Program-made: the position numbers and the translations under genes | Shown here: in pieces, positions 51,301 through 63,592 of the stretch | Position numbering within the stretch: the first letter of the stretch is position 1 | Layout of the letters: every line of letters begins with the position of its first letter | The notes under the pieces: model-generated | The model's database searches: none | Seen by the model: only the letters and a program-made list of their open reading frames with translations | Told to the model about the DNA's origin: nothing | Origin: Dudresnaya verticillata | Lineage: Eukaryota | Assembly: GCA_977862235.1 (NCBI GenBank) | Contig: OZ374563.1 | Span: 62,001 to 126,000, forward strand | Direction: 5' to 3' | Length of the DNA stretch: 64,000 bases

Positions 51301-52936
51301 CGATGATCCGTTTGACCTTTATCGAATTGACCCCAACGAAGAACCGAGTGACCTCACCGACGTGAAACCCGTGGAACTCCCTGCGCCGATTACGGTAACC
51401 GAAATCCTCGAAGGACAACGTATTGATTCGTTCTGCCAAACGGTGCAATCACGACAATCGAAAACGAAGGATATTCTCTTTCACGAAGATGGAGACGGTC
51501 TCCTGCGACGAACGCACCCAACGATTCCGAAGCTAACGCAAATCGTATTGCCCGAGACGCTCCGACCTCGCTTGCTCACGCTGGCGCATCATTCGTTACT
51601 CGCTGGCCACCCGGGGCAAAATCTTATGTTCTACTCGCTTCGTGAAACGTATTACTGGCCTTACATGGCCGCCGATATCGCATCCACGGTTCGTAACTGC
51701 AAACATTGCGCAAGGAATCGAATCCGTCTCCGAAGGAATCTTCATCGCTTGAAGCTCTTCCCCGCTACGCGCCCACTCGAATCGGTCGCGATTGACATCT
51801 TAGGCCCGTTGCCACGAACGAAATCCGGACGCAAGTTCATTCTCGTGATTACGGATCGCTTTACGAAGTTGACCCAGGTGGCCACACTACGAGTAATAAC
51901 CGCGTATCACGTGGCCGTTACCTTTTGCGAAGTTTGGATATTCAAGTACGGACCGCCAGTCTCGGTGCTCTCGGATAACGGGAAACAGTTTACTTGGAAG
52001 TTCTTTCAGGGCGTCTGTCGCTTACTCGGGTTATCGAACGTATTCACTTCCGCGTATCATCCGCAAACGAATGGACAAACCGAACGCTATAACCGCACTA
52101 TCCTCGCGATGCTTCGTAACTACGTGAACGACCACCAAAACGATTGGGACCGCTACGTTTCCGCGTTAACGTATTCGTACAATTGCCACGTTCATCGGTC
52201 TACGAAGACAACTCTGTTCAATCTCGTTTTATCGCGACCGCCGCCCGAGTTCACCGTGAAACATCGCTCCCGAAAGCATCGACCAAAACCCACGGAGGAC
52301 CTTCGCAACGATTTCGTTAAGCGACTCGATTTAGCAATCGACTCCGCACGCACTTCGTTACAGCGAGTTCAGAATCGTTACAAACGCGACTTCGATAAGC
52401 GTATCCGCCACATGAAGAGCGGCGTCAAACCCGGAGACTACGTATACCTCGATACCCACGATGGGAAAACGAAACTTCCGAAGTTGAAATCCCCCGCGGA
52501 GGGGCCGTACAAAGTGCTCTTCAACGATACGCGTACACTCGTGATCGATCGCAAGGGCCTCGTCGAACGCGTCTCCGCGGAATGCTGCATCTACGCGCCA
52601 CCCCCTACGAATACGCGACCGTCGATTACGCGACCCGAAGACATTGTGGAAAAGGTCAACGAAGGCCCCGAATACCTTGTCGATCGCATCCTCGCTCACT
52701 CGACCGACGAAGACGGGAAATTCGAGTTTCGTATCAAGTGGGACGGCTACGCGACGCCTACGTGGGAACCTCGTACGCACGTGCCCGAAGAACTCGTTTC
52801 GCGCTACTTCGCAAGGCTTCGAAGCCAAGCGGACCCGCGTGATCCCGTGCTACTTGCCCACGAATGGCTCTCCGACTGGGACCCCGAGTTGTTCCGTGGC
52901 CCCGACTTCGCAATCCGCACCCCGCAGCCCGAATAA
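48308..52936 (+). pseudogene. pol: Gypsy Pol (PR-RT-RNaseH-IN-chromodomain), -1 frame relative to gag, two premature in-frame stops (49691, 50636)
   Basis: VDTCSGYNLI, CVDYRRLN, YLDD, DTDAS, HHCC, AIDILGP, SDNG, YHPQTNGQTER and YLVDRILAH...IKWDGY...TWEP. Confidence 0.95.
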
Positions 52937-54215
52937 CGCTTCCGCACTCGAGTTGCGCGGCACACGAGGCTCACCACACGAACGGCCCCAGCGCCCCACT
53001 ACGTTCTCGCATCACGAGCTGATCACGAAAGTGCTCATTTCGATTGCCCCGGAGCATACGTTTGCATGATACCGCAGCTGCGCAATTTCGATGGCACGCC
53101 AACGCAGCCCTCGGCGGCGCCGCAGTCTTTCCCACAACATTCACGAAGTCGCCTTCGACACAGCACGCTTCGTGATCTCCGTCTTCGCTTAGCTCGACCC
53201 GCACCGGATTGCGTTCGTCGCGCCACTACTCGGCCGCAACCCGCACGACACCGAGGTCCTCGGAGACGACACGCCACCGCATAAACGATACGCGATCACG
53301 AAGCCCTTGTCCCCACGAAGTTGCGCTCCACGCTGTCGGGCGGTGTCGACCACCCCCGCCCCACCTCAACACCCCTCGTGAAATCCGCACAGGCGCAACG
53401 CGCGCACCGCGCACCCGGTTGCACCACGGCACTCGCATTACAGAGGCTGAGACCGCGACGGACGGACACAGTGCCCTATCCGTAACTTGTCATACGCGCC
53501 TGACGTCATACTTCGAGGCCGATGCCACCCGCAACGCGCACTTCGCATTCGAAACCCGGGCCTCACGCCGACTTCGTCTGATCGCTTGCCTCGGAGCAGC
53601 GCAGATGCCGACTCGACCCCGTTACGACGCCGTTTCGACAAGACCATGGAGTCCTTGGTTGTCGCCAACCGCCGTCCTCACGCATGGCCTCGGAGCCCCG
53701 TTACGCATACGTTCCGCCCGCACCGATGCGCACATGCGCCCACTCGAGCAACGCGCCCACGACAGCCCCGGAGCACACGCGACTTGTTCGACACGCTAAC
53801 CGCAACCCACCCCCCAAGCACGTCGGCGCGGACGCCTTCGTCTTGAGGAGGGGGCCGTGCACGCATACTTCACGAAGTCTCGATGACTCAACTCCGCGAA
53901 GGAAACACGCATCACGTAGACCACGGAGTCGAGAAAAACGAAGCCGCGCCACGAACAAGTTCCCGATTCGCACACTTGAGCACGAAGCTCGTTTAAGAGA
54001 AGCTACGAAGTTAAAAGCTACGATGCTAACAACTACGTGACTATCACTACGAGGCAAAGAAGAGTCGGGCAAGAAAAATGTTTACTCGAGACGATACCAC
54101 GAGACCGAGACCCCGCCACCGTGAGCTCCGAGAACAAGGAGCCCGATACCGAAAACGAGAAACCACGCAGCTACGAAGCTAAAAGAGAAAGCCGCGGTGC
54201 TAATACTACGTACGG

Positions 54216-56123
54216 TTACGAGCGACCATACAGGTTTGCGGAGTCGTAAGGCGGATTATCACGAGGATCGTTTCCGTTCTCATCTCGAGTCACGCGAAGA
54301 AAGTTCGGCGCATACGGATCCGATGTCTGCGATTGTCCGCGGTGACCATCGTAACCGTCGCCACCGCTGGGTCCGAAGCCCGAAGGGCCTCCGGAGCCAG
54401 ACCCGTAACGCGGAGCATCGTAACTCGGGTAACCGTAATCTTCGCGGCGACGCTTACCGCTCAACTCGAGGTCGCGAATACGATGACGAAGGTCCGCTAT
54501 CTCCGCATCCCGATCACGAAGCTGCCTACAAAGGCGACTCACCTCCGTAACCGCGCGAAGGAAACTTCCGCCGAGATCGTCCAGCAGTTGTCGAAGAGTC
54601 CCATCGGGGGAGATGCCCGCTTCGCGACACGCATCGCTCACGGAGTCGAGACTGCGAATATCCGTAGAGCGCATCTCGAGTCTCGCGATCGAAGACCCCG
54701 AAGCACTCGGCACCAACGCGACAGCCCCGGTGCCAAGAGATGGCCCCGGAGTCAGCGACGACGAAGGAACCGGAGTTACAGAACGAGGTACGCGCGGCAA
54801 CGGCCCAACCTCGCCTCCGATGGCACGAACCGCGGCACTCGGATGCGAAAACGGATCAACTCGCGGACCGCGCCCTCCTCGTGACGGACGGTTGTGGCGC
54901 CAATCGAACCAGGCCCCGGAGCCCACGTCGTGTCCGACCAGTTGGGACCACTGTCCCGTCGGAAAATCGCGACACGTCGACTGGAGCTCCCTCCGATCTG
55001 CAGCCTCGATGTCAATCGTGAGTATCTTCGTGAACGGCATCGCGCTATCCGAGCCCCGGAGCGAAAGATCCGGATACCCGCCATCTTCGGAGAACGACTT
55101 CGACCAACGATCACGAACGAAACTACGCAACGAAGCATTGAGCACCCATACGTATTGACGCTGCGTGACATCTGAAATCAACACGCGACCAAGCTCGAAG
55201 CGATATTCGGAATCCCGGAAACGCACGAAGCACTTCTTCGAAGGTTCCGCGAACAGGTCGACCACGAGCCCGAAATAACGAATCACCCTCGGAGGTGGCA
55301 CGACTAAGCCCGCGGGGGCCCGAATACACGAAGCATCGAGCCAGAACGAACTCACAAACATGCTCAGAGGCACGCGGTCATCGAGACGCGAATTCGTATC
55401 CACGCGATCAGGCATCGAGCCCGCGCCACGGAATAGCGCCCAGTCTCCGGCACCGATGTGCACTCCGAGGATGCGCGAAATCGAGTCTACGTGACGCCAT
55501 ACGTTTCCCGCGGCGGACTCGAACTCCGGATAATCACGAAAGCGAGTAATCGCAACCACCGGAGAGTCCACGGAGATACCCGCACCCGGTGCCAGGAGCA
55601 CGTGCGCGCACGCATCTACGTAAGCAACCTCGTCAACCGTGGTCACGTAGGAGACGTCGCACGGAAGACCCATCGGAGTCGGATACACGGGGCCACGGGG
55701 CCAGAATACGTGAAATACGCCAGCTCCGTTATCGTCACGACCCTCGCACAGTGCACGAAAACGAGCGAGATCCGGACGAACACGGCCATCGTAGGCAGCA
55801 ACCTCTTCGTGAGTAACTCCGGAGACCGCGAACTCGTCCCACGCGAAGTGCAGCTGCGCAGACGGAAGCCTCGGAGCACTCTCATCCTTAGTCCCGAATT
55901 TCGGAGGACCCAACGAAGCACTCGGCTGCCAACCCCGATTCACGAATTGCGGATTCGAGCCGCCCGAACTTACGAAAGGGCTACCGCGATCCGTGATCCC
56001 TGCTGACTCCGAGGCCCCGATATCCACAACGTGTGGAATCGCGAGAGTCCGCAGTACGTATTCGGAGTCACCACCCGAAGGGCCCGCAACATCCGAAGAA
56101 GGACCCGAAGGCTTCGGAGCCAA
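54216..56123 (-). CDS. 635-codon antisense accessory ORF of the Gypsy element, unknown function
   Basis: Long open frame inside the element between pol and the 3' LTR; globular Trp/Phe-rich core, coiled coil, KRRREDY, Gly/Pro tail. The true start is probably the MSDTGHEE ATG near 56227, via a frameshift or small intron. Confidence 0.75.
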   Translation of the reverse strand: MAPKPSGPSSDVAGPSGGDSEYVLRTLAIPHVVDIGASESAGITDRGSPFVSSGGSNPQFVNRGWQPSASLGPPKFGTKDESAPRLPSAQLHFAWDEFAVSGVTHEEVAAYDGRVRPDLARFRALCEGRDDNGAGVFHVFWPRGPVYPTPMGLPCDVSYVTTVDEVAYVDACAHVLLAPGAGISVDSPVVAITRFRDYPEFESAAGNVWRHVDSISRILGVHIGAGDWALFRGAGSMPDRVDTNSRLDDRVPLSMFVSSFWLDASCIRAPAGLVVPPPRVIRYFGLVVDLFAEPSKKCFVRFRDSEYRFELGRVLISDVTQRQYVWVLNASLRSFVRDRWSKSFSEDGGYPDLSLRGSDSAMPFTKILTIDIEAADRRELQSTCRDFPTGQWSQLVGHDVGSGAWFDWRHNRPSRGGRGPRVDPFSHPSAAVRAIGGEVGPLPRVPRSVTPVPSSSLTPGPSLGTGAVALVPSASGSSIARLEMRSTDIRSLDSVSDACREAGISPDGTLRQLLDDLGGSFLRAVTEVSRLCRQLRDRDAEIADLRHRIRDLELSGKRRREDYGYPSYDAPRYGSGSGGPSGFGPSGGDGYDGHRGQSQTSDPYAPNFLRVTRDENGNDPRDNPPYDSANLYGRS

Positions 56124-56872
56124 CTGACCCGCCGTAGCAGCCGCGAGCTCGCCATCGAGGCGGCGACGAACGCCCTCCGCACGTTTCCCTGGGACCCGGT
56201 TCCCTCTTCGTGACCCGTGTCCGACATCGTTACTCGAAGCTCGTCACGAAAAACACAGCAACCCACGGAGGAACGAACGCGAATCTCGACGAGGCCCTCA
56301 CGAACTCCACGAAGGACCAGCCGCACTTGCCCCAACACCGAGACCCACGACCCGCAACCGGCCATCGCAAACCACCGAGGCCAACGAAGCAACAACACGA
56401 ACGCCACAGAGCGGAGTGAACGATGCGCGAAGAGACGCGAAAGGACGCACCAGCGCACACGAAGAAGCAAACGAACCGCGAAGACCGAAAGCCAAGGAGC
56501 TGAAGCGAGTTGTGCGTGTGCGCGATGACCGGAGAAGCAAGGGGCTCGGACCCAGCGCAACACGAAGTTGAAATAACCCACGCGGCTCGTGACCCGTCTC
56601 CGTGATCCGCGCACGCACGCGTCGACGGACGGCGCCGCAGCCCTAACCCATTCTACGTACGCGAAAATATCTTCGTGATTAGCCAATACGAAGGCGCCAT
56701 CGCACACGTGATCCGAATTCAAATTCGTAAGCCCCGAGGCACCGTTGCCCGACATCGTGAGCTCGAAGCAATCTACGCGCCGCCACTCGGATGGCTCCAC
56801 CCGCGCTCCACCGAGGGAAACCGGGCCACGCCATTTCGTAATTCGTAACCCGCGACCGGGACGTTCGCTCTT

Positions 56873-56885
56873 GAGGGGGGGGCCG
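56873..56885 (+). promoter_or_regulatory. Gypsy polypurine tract
   Basis: GAGGGGGGGGCCG immediately before the 3' LTR. Confidence 0.9.
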
Positions 56886-58385
56886 TGTGGTATAGACGCT
56901 ATTCGTGAAATGACTCCGTGATCTACGCGAAAATAACCGAGAAATACGAATTTCGAAGTGACTTCGTGAATGCGCACGCCACGATGGCACACGTATTACA
57001 GAGCGCATACTGTTAGCGCGCCACGATGGCATACGTATTACAGCACGCGCGTGATACGAAATCGCTGACACCTCCGGATGAATCCCGATCCGACTTCGTG
57101 ATCGCGCGCGCCACGATGGCATTCGCATTACAGTGCGCACCCGATAAGAAATCGCTGACACCTTCGTGACTTTCCCGTTCTTTCCCGCGCGTAACGGCAC
57201 CGCGGCCCACGAGACACGCGCACCTCCGTATGCATCGCTGGCGCACTTCGCAACCACCACCATACGTGAGGCGACCGTTCGTTGGCACCGAGGCCGTTAC
57301 GAATCATTCGAGTACGAAACCGTCTCCCGCATTGACGCGCATTCGTGCTCCCGTAGTGCTACTTAGTAGCCAGTCGTCTGGCACAACCTCCGAGGGCTCC
57401 CGGAGAAGCGACTAGCGCCCGGACCTCGGAGTCTTCGGTAAACGCCTGTTTCTTCGAGTTCGGTGTCTTCGTCTTCGTGACCACGGATACGGTCGAGCCT
57501 CGCTTTCGATAGCCCCGCGCACCCAGAGTCATCCCCGGTGATCGATCGCTCGAGTTCTCGCTTCCGCACACGAATACGTTGACACCGTGGTCCTTCGTGT
57601 TGGTCGCTCCACTCTACCACGCTACCACCCCTTTTCGTTTCTCCGTTAGGCTACGAGGCCATTCGTTAGGCTCCGAGGCCATTCCTTACAGTGCGAGACT
57701 TCCCCGCGTCACCGTGGACTTCGTTATACCACAGTGTAGTGAAAACCCACGAACTCCGAGACGGACAGCTGGCCTGACTTTCCTTAACGGACGAGAGCAA
57801 CACTACCTCCACGGGGTGGTAGAGCAATTCGCACCGAGACGGGAGAACAGCGAGCGGCTAGCCGAGACGGATATTGGGAAGCAACAGACAAGGGGGTGGT
57901 ACAAGTGCCGGGACGGACTCCGTAACGGTGGTGGTGGTAGACCGCAACGGGCTCGGCGCGGGGAAAACCGTAAAGGATTGGGCTAAGGTTGCTTACCCGT
58001 TTACCTTAGGAGCCTCTGCGGTGCCGCCCTGATATACAAGTCAGGGTGGCACCGAGCGGTCCGGTCCGCGGGGGCCAGACCCTAGTGGTCTGGTCCTATG
58101 GTGGAATCGGCCCTGCTGGTCCTAATCTCCGACACGGACATGCGCAGCATTCTCATTGGCTGGCGCGCTACTCTACACACTGTACACAGACTCACTAAAA
58201 ATAAAGAATAAATACTACAAATACTCCGCTTCGGTTGGTGCGCTCCACTGCTGCACAGCAATGTACGCCAGCACACAACAATGCACCTAAAACCGACACG
58301 GGTACACGTGCACACATCCCACAACGGTTCAGGCCACACTATATGCATTTCCACCGTTTCGGATGCCGAATCTCACTTCACCACA

Positions 58386-61300
58386 TCAGGACGTCGAGGT
58401 CGCGTGCTTCGAAGCTGTTGCGGATTCTTTCGACTGTTTGACGTAAACGGAACTCCTTACCCTCGTGGAGCGTTGTAATAGTGTCGTATAGGCCACGGGA
58501 GTCGACATGCAAGATGTGCTTGATCTGGCAGACAGGATCCAGGGACCGTATGGAGTTGCGGAGGTGGTAGCCGTGGTCGTCGGAGTCCGCACAGGCAAGA
58601 ATTTCTGCACCGTAAGATGAGTAGCTGAAGCGTTTTTGTTTGTGGCTCGTCCAATCTATGACGTGGAATATCTTGTTCTCCGTAGGCGTATCAATGCACA
58701 CACCTGTCACCATGCCTGTCTGTCCGTACTGCTGTGCTTTGCTAATGTTGAATGAAGCGTCCGAAAATGTGTAAACGTGTACCGAAGTGATGCTGTCGGA
58801 TGGGCAGGGGTACGTGATCATGGACTTGAGTTGCATAAGCTCCTTTAGCATTGTGTTGGCCTCTTTTAGATGGCATACCTTGAGGCAGCCGAGCTTTTGT
58901 TGCATGGCGGACGCAACGTGAGATGCTTGAGGTAAAACGCCGCTGCCAAGCCAGAGGATAGCGCCGGCTAGGCCCTGATACAATGAAGTTTCTGTTGGAG
59001 TTGCCATAGAGCTTTCCTCCTTTCGCCGTGCTCTTGAGAGTGGAAGATGGTGGATCTCGTCTGCGAACGCTTGCATGCTCATAGTAATTGATCCAGCGAT
59101 TGTTTGCAAGATGGAGCACCCGTTGAAGTAAAGTGGGCGATTGACGACGGCTTTGCTGATGCGAAATCTGGATTGTAACTGGCTGTTGAAGGCGGCGATG
59201 GAGTCGAGTGATCCGGATAGGAGTAGGTCATCTGTTACTTTGGCCATGAGTAGAATTGTTCTGCCCTTGGCGTCCCTTTTACGGTAGAGCTGACTGATTC
59301 CGAATATGCGTTCTAGGCCGGCTTCGTTTAGGAGCCATTCTTCAAATGTCTTCTGCCATTGACGACCTGCTTCGACTATTCCATAAGGGAGTTTAGTGAG
59401 TTTCCACAGCTTGCGTCGACTGCCTGACCATTCTCGCGGTGGCCGAACTTAGATGTCTCTCTTGATGGGTCCACTTTGTAAGTAGGCGCCTTTAACATCA
59501 GCGTGGCCTAGGCGGAACCCAAGGAAGGTTGTTAAGCAGAGCAGGAGCCTTATAACGGCAAACTGCGCTGTCGATGAGTCCTTTTGAACGTTGTCTTTCT
59601 CGAAGTCCCTATTGCCATGGGGGACGATCCGCGCTTGCATGGAGCGGAGCCCATCCTCGTCTTTTCTGACCTTGTATATTACGTGCGATGTTATGATATT
59701 GGCGACGGGTGGTACTGTATTTTCGTGGTGTTCTTCGTATGCAGTGGACCAGTTGGAGTCATGTTCGATGTTGAATGCTTCGTCGAGTATCCAGGGTGGC
59801 GCGAATTCGAGCTTGCCCCGTGATACCTGGGCATTGCCAATTCTATCGTGTATGTCCTTGAGGACGTGCTGGCGGTTTGAGGTCAGGTCACCTTCGGCGG
59901 GTTTGCTATCTTGGATTGTGACTGTACCAATATCTTGCGTAGGGTCACCGAGGCATTTCGTGGCGAGGAGGCTTGGGTTGTGCGGTATGTGCATGCGGAT
60001 CCGAAGTGGGGTGGCTGTAGCTGGGGTTGGTATTGCGGCTAGCGGCGGCTGAGAGTCTGGAACTAAGGTGGGTTCCGCTGTAAATCGGACTGTGCGTCGC
60101 CGGCTATGCTGAACTTCGTCTGATGATGGTGTTTCGTTGTGCGCTGAGCTGTCATCGCCTAGTGTGGGGCTTGGCTGATCCGTTCGGTCTTCGTTTCGGA
60201 GTTCTTCTTCGAGGGAGCATCGCATTAGTTCTTCCGTAAGTTGCCCGGTTGGCGCGAGCCGAGGATCTTCGTATGCGATTGACATAGCCGGGACGCGCTG
60301 TGATCGTCGACAAAGGACCCGGTCGCGCTGCGCATCGACGACTTTAGCCCGAATCCACTGCGTTGGGATGCTGTTGTTGCTACTATCGTGGTAGATGAAG
60401 ACGGCGGTGCCAGGCTTCAGTAAACGGGATGGTACTGTGTTAGTGTCACGAGATTTTAGGAGTTTCTGGATAGCACGAAGCGCGACTTGTTCGCAGTGCG
60501 CATCGAGCAAGTCTGGGGTCACGATTGTAGGTGGCAGTCCCAGGATGGATGGAGAGTACCACCGTGCGAGCTGGAAGGAACTGAGTATGTGCGAGCCGGA
60601 GAATATGTTGGTAGGGAACGATGCCCGCGAGATGAGCAGAGTCGGAGCGGCAGCCATGTTTTCCTTGCCAAGGCGGGCTAACACAGTCTTGAAAACGGCG
60701 TTGTTCCTTTCTACGATACATGTCTTATTGTGACGACGTGCTGGTCTTGGGTGAAATTGTATCTTGTGATGCGCGAGGGTTTGTTTGAGACTAGTGACGT
60801 GGAATTCCGGGTCGGAACTGAAGGCGGTTGGTGCTCCGTGCTTGGTGATCCAGTGTTGGTCGATCAGCTTAGCCATGATATCGGCGGATCTTGAAGGGGC
60901 CACGACTCTCTCACCGTATTTAGTACCTGTGTCAACGATGTTGAGAATGACGTACTTTGTCGATTGGATTACTGCCCATAGAAAGTCTGCTTGGATCTCG
61001 TAGTTGAATTCCTTGTTGACGTGTGAGAGTGAAATCTTTTTCGAGTGACGAGGGCGGCCCTCTGAGCAACAGATTTCGCAGGCGGCGTGTATCTTATCGA
61101 ATGCTAGTGCGAGTTCTTTTGTCAGCTTGCCGGCGGATTTGTATAAATCTTTCATCTCTGTGGCTGTGGCGTGTGTATAGCGGTGAATTTTCTTTGCAAG
61201 TGAGATGGCTGGACGGTGGTGGATGGTGGCCATGAGAGTGAGTATTGATGAGTTGCGTTGGGGGATAATCTAGAGGCGGAGTCGTTGCTCGTTGTTGGAT

Positions 61301-61512
61301 TGGGTGATGTATGTGCTGAACCTGCGGACACTACTGTCTGAGGGGCGATTGATCTCGACGAAGCTTGGATTCGAGAGATTGATAGTATTCGAGAATTTCT
61401 TGACGTCTAGTCCGAGGATGAGGGGAGACTCGCCGTTGACGAGGTCGAAGGTTAATGAAGTCGGTTTGCCTGTATTATCGTGTATAGTTAGTGTCCAGGA
61501 GCATTCGATCAT
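58386..61512 (-). pseudogene. pol: Copia Pol (integrase, RT, RNase H) with in-frame stops at 61270 and 59449
   Basis: QARIVPHG, ADVKGAYLQ, LPYGIVEAGRQW, KVTDDLL, FSDAS, SSYGAE and HVDS. Confidence 0.93.
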
Positions 61513-61688
61513 CTTTGCGTCGAGGCAGTTTTGACCCCACCCATGTAGGTACAGGTCTCTTGGTTCACTGAGTGTTAGAGGGATGCCGAGGATGTCGCAT
61601 AGCTTGGCAGCGTTGGAGGTCCCTCCGGTGGAGGTAGGAGCTCCTTCATCGAGGATGGGGTTAGGGTCCGAGAGGAGCTGGTCGGACC

Positions 61689-63592
61689 CTACCGACGAAA
61701 AAACGAGGACTTCTCTTTCTGGGGCGTGTCAGCAGGGGCTTCTGTGTCGGAATCGTCGTCGTGTTGGATCTTGTCGGAGCGCGGGGTTGTCGGTCGTCTG
61801 CTTTCTTGCGTTTGGGCGTTTTTGAATTTGTGTTGAACATATTTCTCAAATTTCTTCTTTGCAATAGCACATTCGGGGCGGTCTTGCCACCAGTGGCCCA
61901 TTTTGTGGCAGGAACGGCATTTGGTGGTGGCTTTGAGGCCTGCACCGACTGGTATATGGCGCTTGGCGGGGCTATGGGCGTCATTATTGTGTTGGTATGT
62001 CCGTTTGCCAAGCAAGGATCCCTGTGTATCCAGACCAGTGCGCGTAATGCTGATGTTGATCTCGCTTACTGCGCGAGTGGCTGCGTCGAGTGTAAGATTG
62101 GGGATACGTTTCTATTCCTTTGTCTTGGCAGAGTCGTTCTTGTTCATCTGTGTTGTGAAGTGAAAGGCACACCTATAAGGAGAGCTGATCAGGCAATCCC
62201 AATAAGGAGTGATCTCACACGGCATCGGGGTGGTAGAGCTTAGTTCGTAGACCGAAGGGAGTACCTCGAGCGGCAACACCTGTAAGGAGTAAAGGGACGC
62301 AACAGACAAGGGGGACGGTACAGTACCAAGACAGCTACACCGGGACGGAGGTAAGAGGAATCCGTGCACGGGGCTGGCGAGGGGAAACCGTAAAGGAGTA
62401 TGAGGGTAAGGCTTAGGGTAAGTCACTTTGCCCAGGGTTGCGTACCCGTTTACTGTAGGACTCGCGGTGGCCACCCATTAATATACTGGGAGATACGCCC
62501 CGCGGTCCGGTCCGTGTGGGCCAGACCCCAATGGGTCTGGTCCACCAGGTGGGTCCGGCCCTACTGGTCCCGGTCACCGTTGCGGACATGCTCGGCATTC
62601 TCATTGGCCGGCTGACACTACGTACTGTACAGCATGATTATAATTACCTAATCACAAATAAATAAACTACTTGGCTCCTATTGGTGGTGCGCGCAGACTC
62701 CAGCAGGGCATACAGTGCTACTGTGTCACTGCACTCCGCTTCGGCTTTTGGCGCCAGCTCACCGGTGCGTCGGCCGCGGGTCGGCTCAACCGTCGTCCGC
62801 ACTCCGAAACGGCCGCTTCACCACAATCTGCAGTAGTGTGCTGGATATCGAATTGAGAGTGGTCTGGACGGAAGCTACGTTGGGAGTATCATTTTTAAGT
62901 GTGGAGGCGGCTTCGAATGAGGCTTGAATGGCTTTCGATAGATTGCTTCTGGAGACTGAAACATACTCCAGGATGGGCATATCCGTCTTGACTGTAGCTT
63001 CGCTGATAAGTTGAAGGATGATGTGGTTTAGGGTGGCTTCTGGAAGTTTAGCATTTTCCAGTAGAATCATGGCGAACAACTGGCTATCTTGTTTGGCGTT
63101 CCCGGTTTGGCAATTATTGAGGTAAAGACTGGCGAGTCCTTTGAATCTGCGGGCGTATGCAATTGGTGACTCAGCATCCCCGCGAACACAGTGATGGACG
63201 TTTTGCATCATGGAAACAAATCGCTTTACGCTTTCGGTTGGGCTGTCTTCTGCAACGATATTCAGTATCGCTTCGATCATATTCGTCTGGTCCGGATCTT
63301 CTTCGTCCGTGTCGAGTGATAGGGTGCCCATACTGATTGCATGATCAAGGAGGTACCTGGAAGACTCGTCTACTGCGAGGTAGAGCGACTCTCCCAGAGC
63401 ACTGGCAATGGCTTTGGCGTTCTTGCAATCGGCTGCGGCTTGTTTCTTGACAATTCGGACCCATGTGCGGACTTCATTGCGCCATTTAAACTTGTTGGTA
63501 GATGATTTGAAGGCTGGTGGATCAGTTGGCCTCCTCGGAACAACTGCTATGGCTGGACCCATAACTGTCGTTTGCTGGAAATGATCTGACAT
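61689..63592 (-). pseudogene. gag: Copia Gag, split by a solo LTR
   Basis: DPPAFK...FKWRNEVRTW, RGDAESPIAYARRF and CRSCHKMGHWWQDRPEC. Confidence 0.85.
62151..62825. mobile_element. Solo LTR (675 bp) in Copia gag, TSD ATCTG; duplicate of 29633-30307
   Basis: ATCTG at 62146-62150 and 62826-62830. Confidence 0.9.

Larger units (their letters stand above)
44960..57733 (+). mobile_element. Complete Ty3/Gypsy chromovirus, 12,774 bp, TSD GTGTA
   Basis: 848-bp LTRs at 44960-45807 and 56886-57733 (TGTGGTATA...TATACCACA); GTGTA at 44955-44959 and 57734-57738; PBS, PPT and gag-pol present. Confidence 0.97.
44951..58385. mobile_element. Solo LTR (656 bp: 44951-44959 plus 57739-58385) in Copia RNase H, TSD TCAGG, itself split by the Gypsy element
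   Basis: TGTGGTG...CACCACA termini; TCAGG at 44946-44950 and 58386-58390. Confidence 0.9.

Noticed and set aside
52940..54200. Several 100-200 aa ORFs after pol
   Set aside because: Overlapping in all frames, no motifs; expected in GC-rich DNA
55970..56992. 340-aa minus-strand ORF starting in the 3' LTR
   Set aside because: Non-ATG start and Arg/Val-rich composition typical of CpG-rich non-coding DNA; only the MSDTGHEE part may be coding
44960..57733. Nested Gypsy LTRs seem more diverged (~21/848) than the host Copia LTRs (~7-8/448)
   Set aside because: Counts are small, five differences form one cluster and the Gypsy LTR is CpG-rich; not a reliable age paradox
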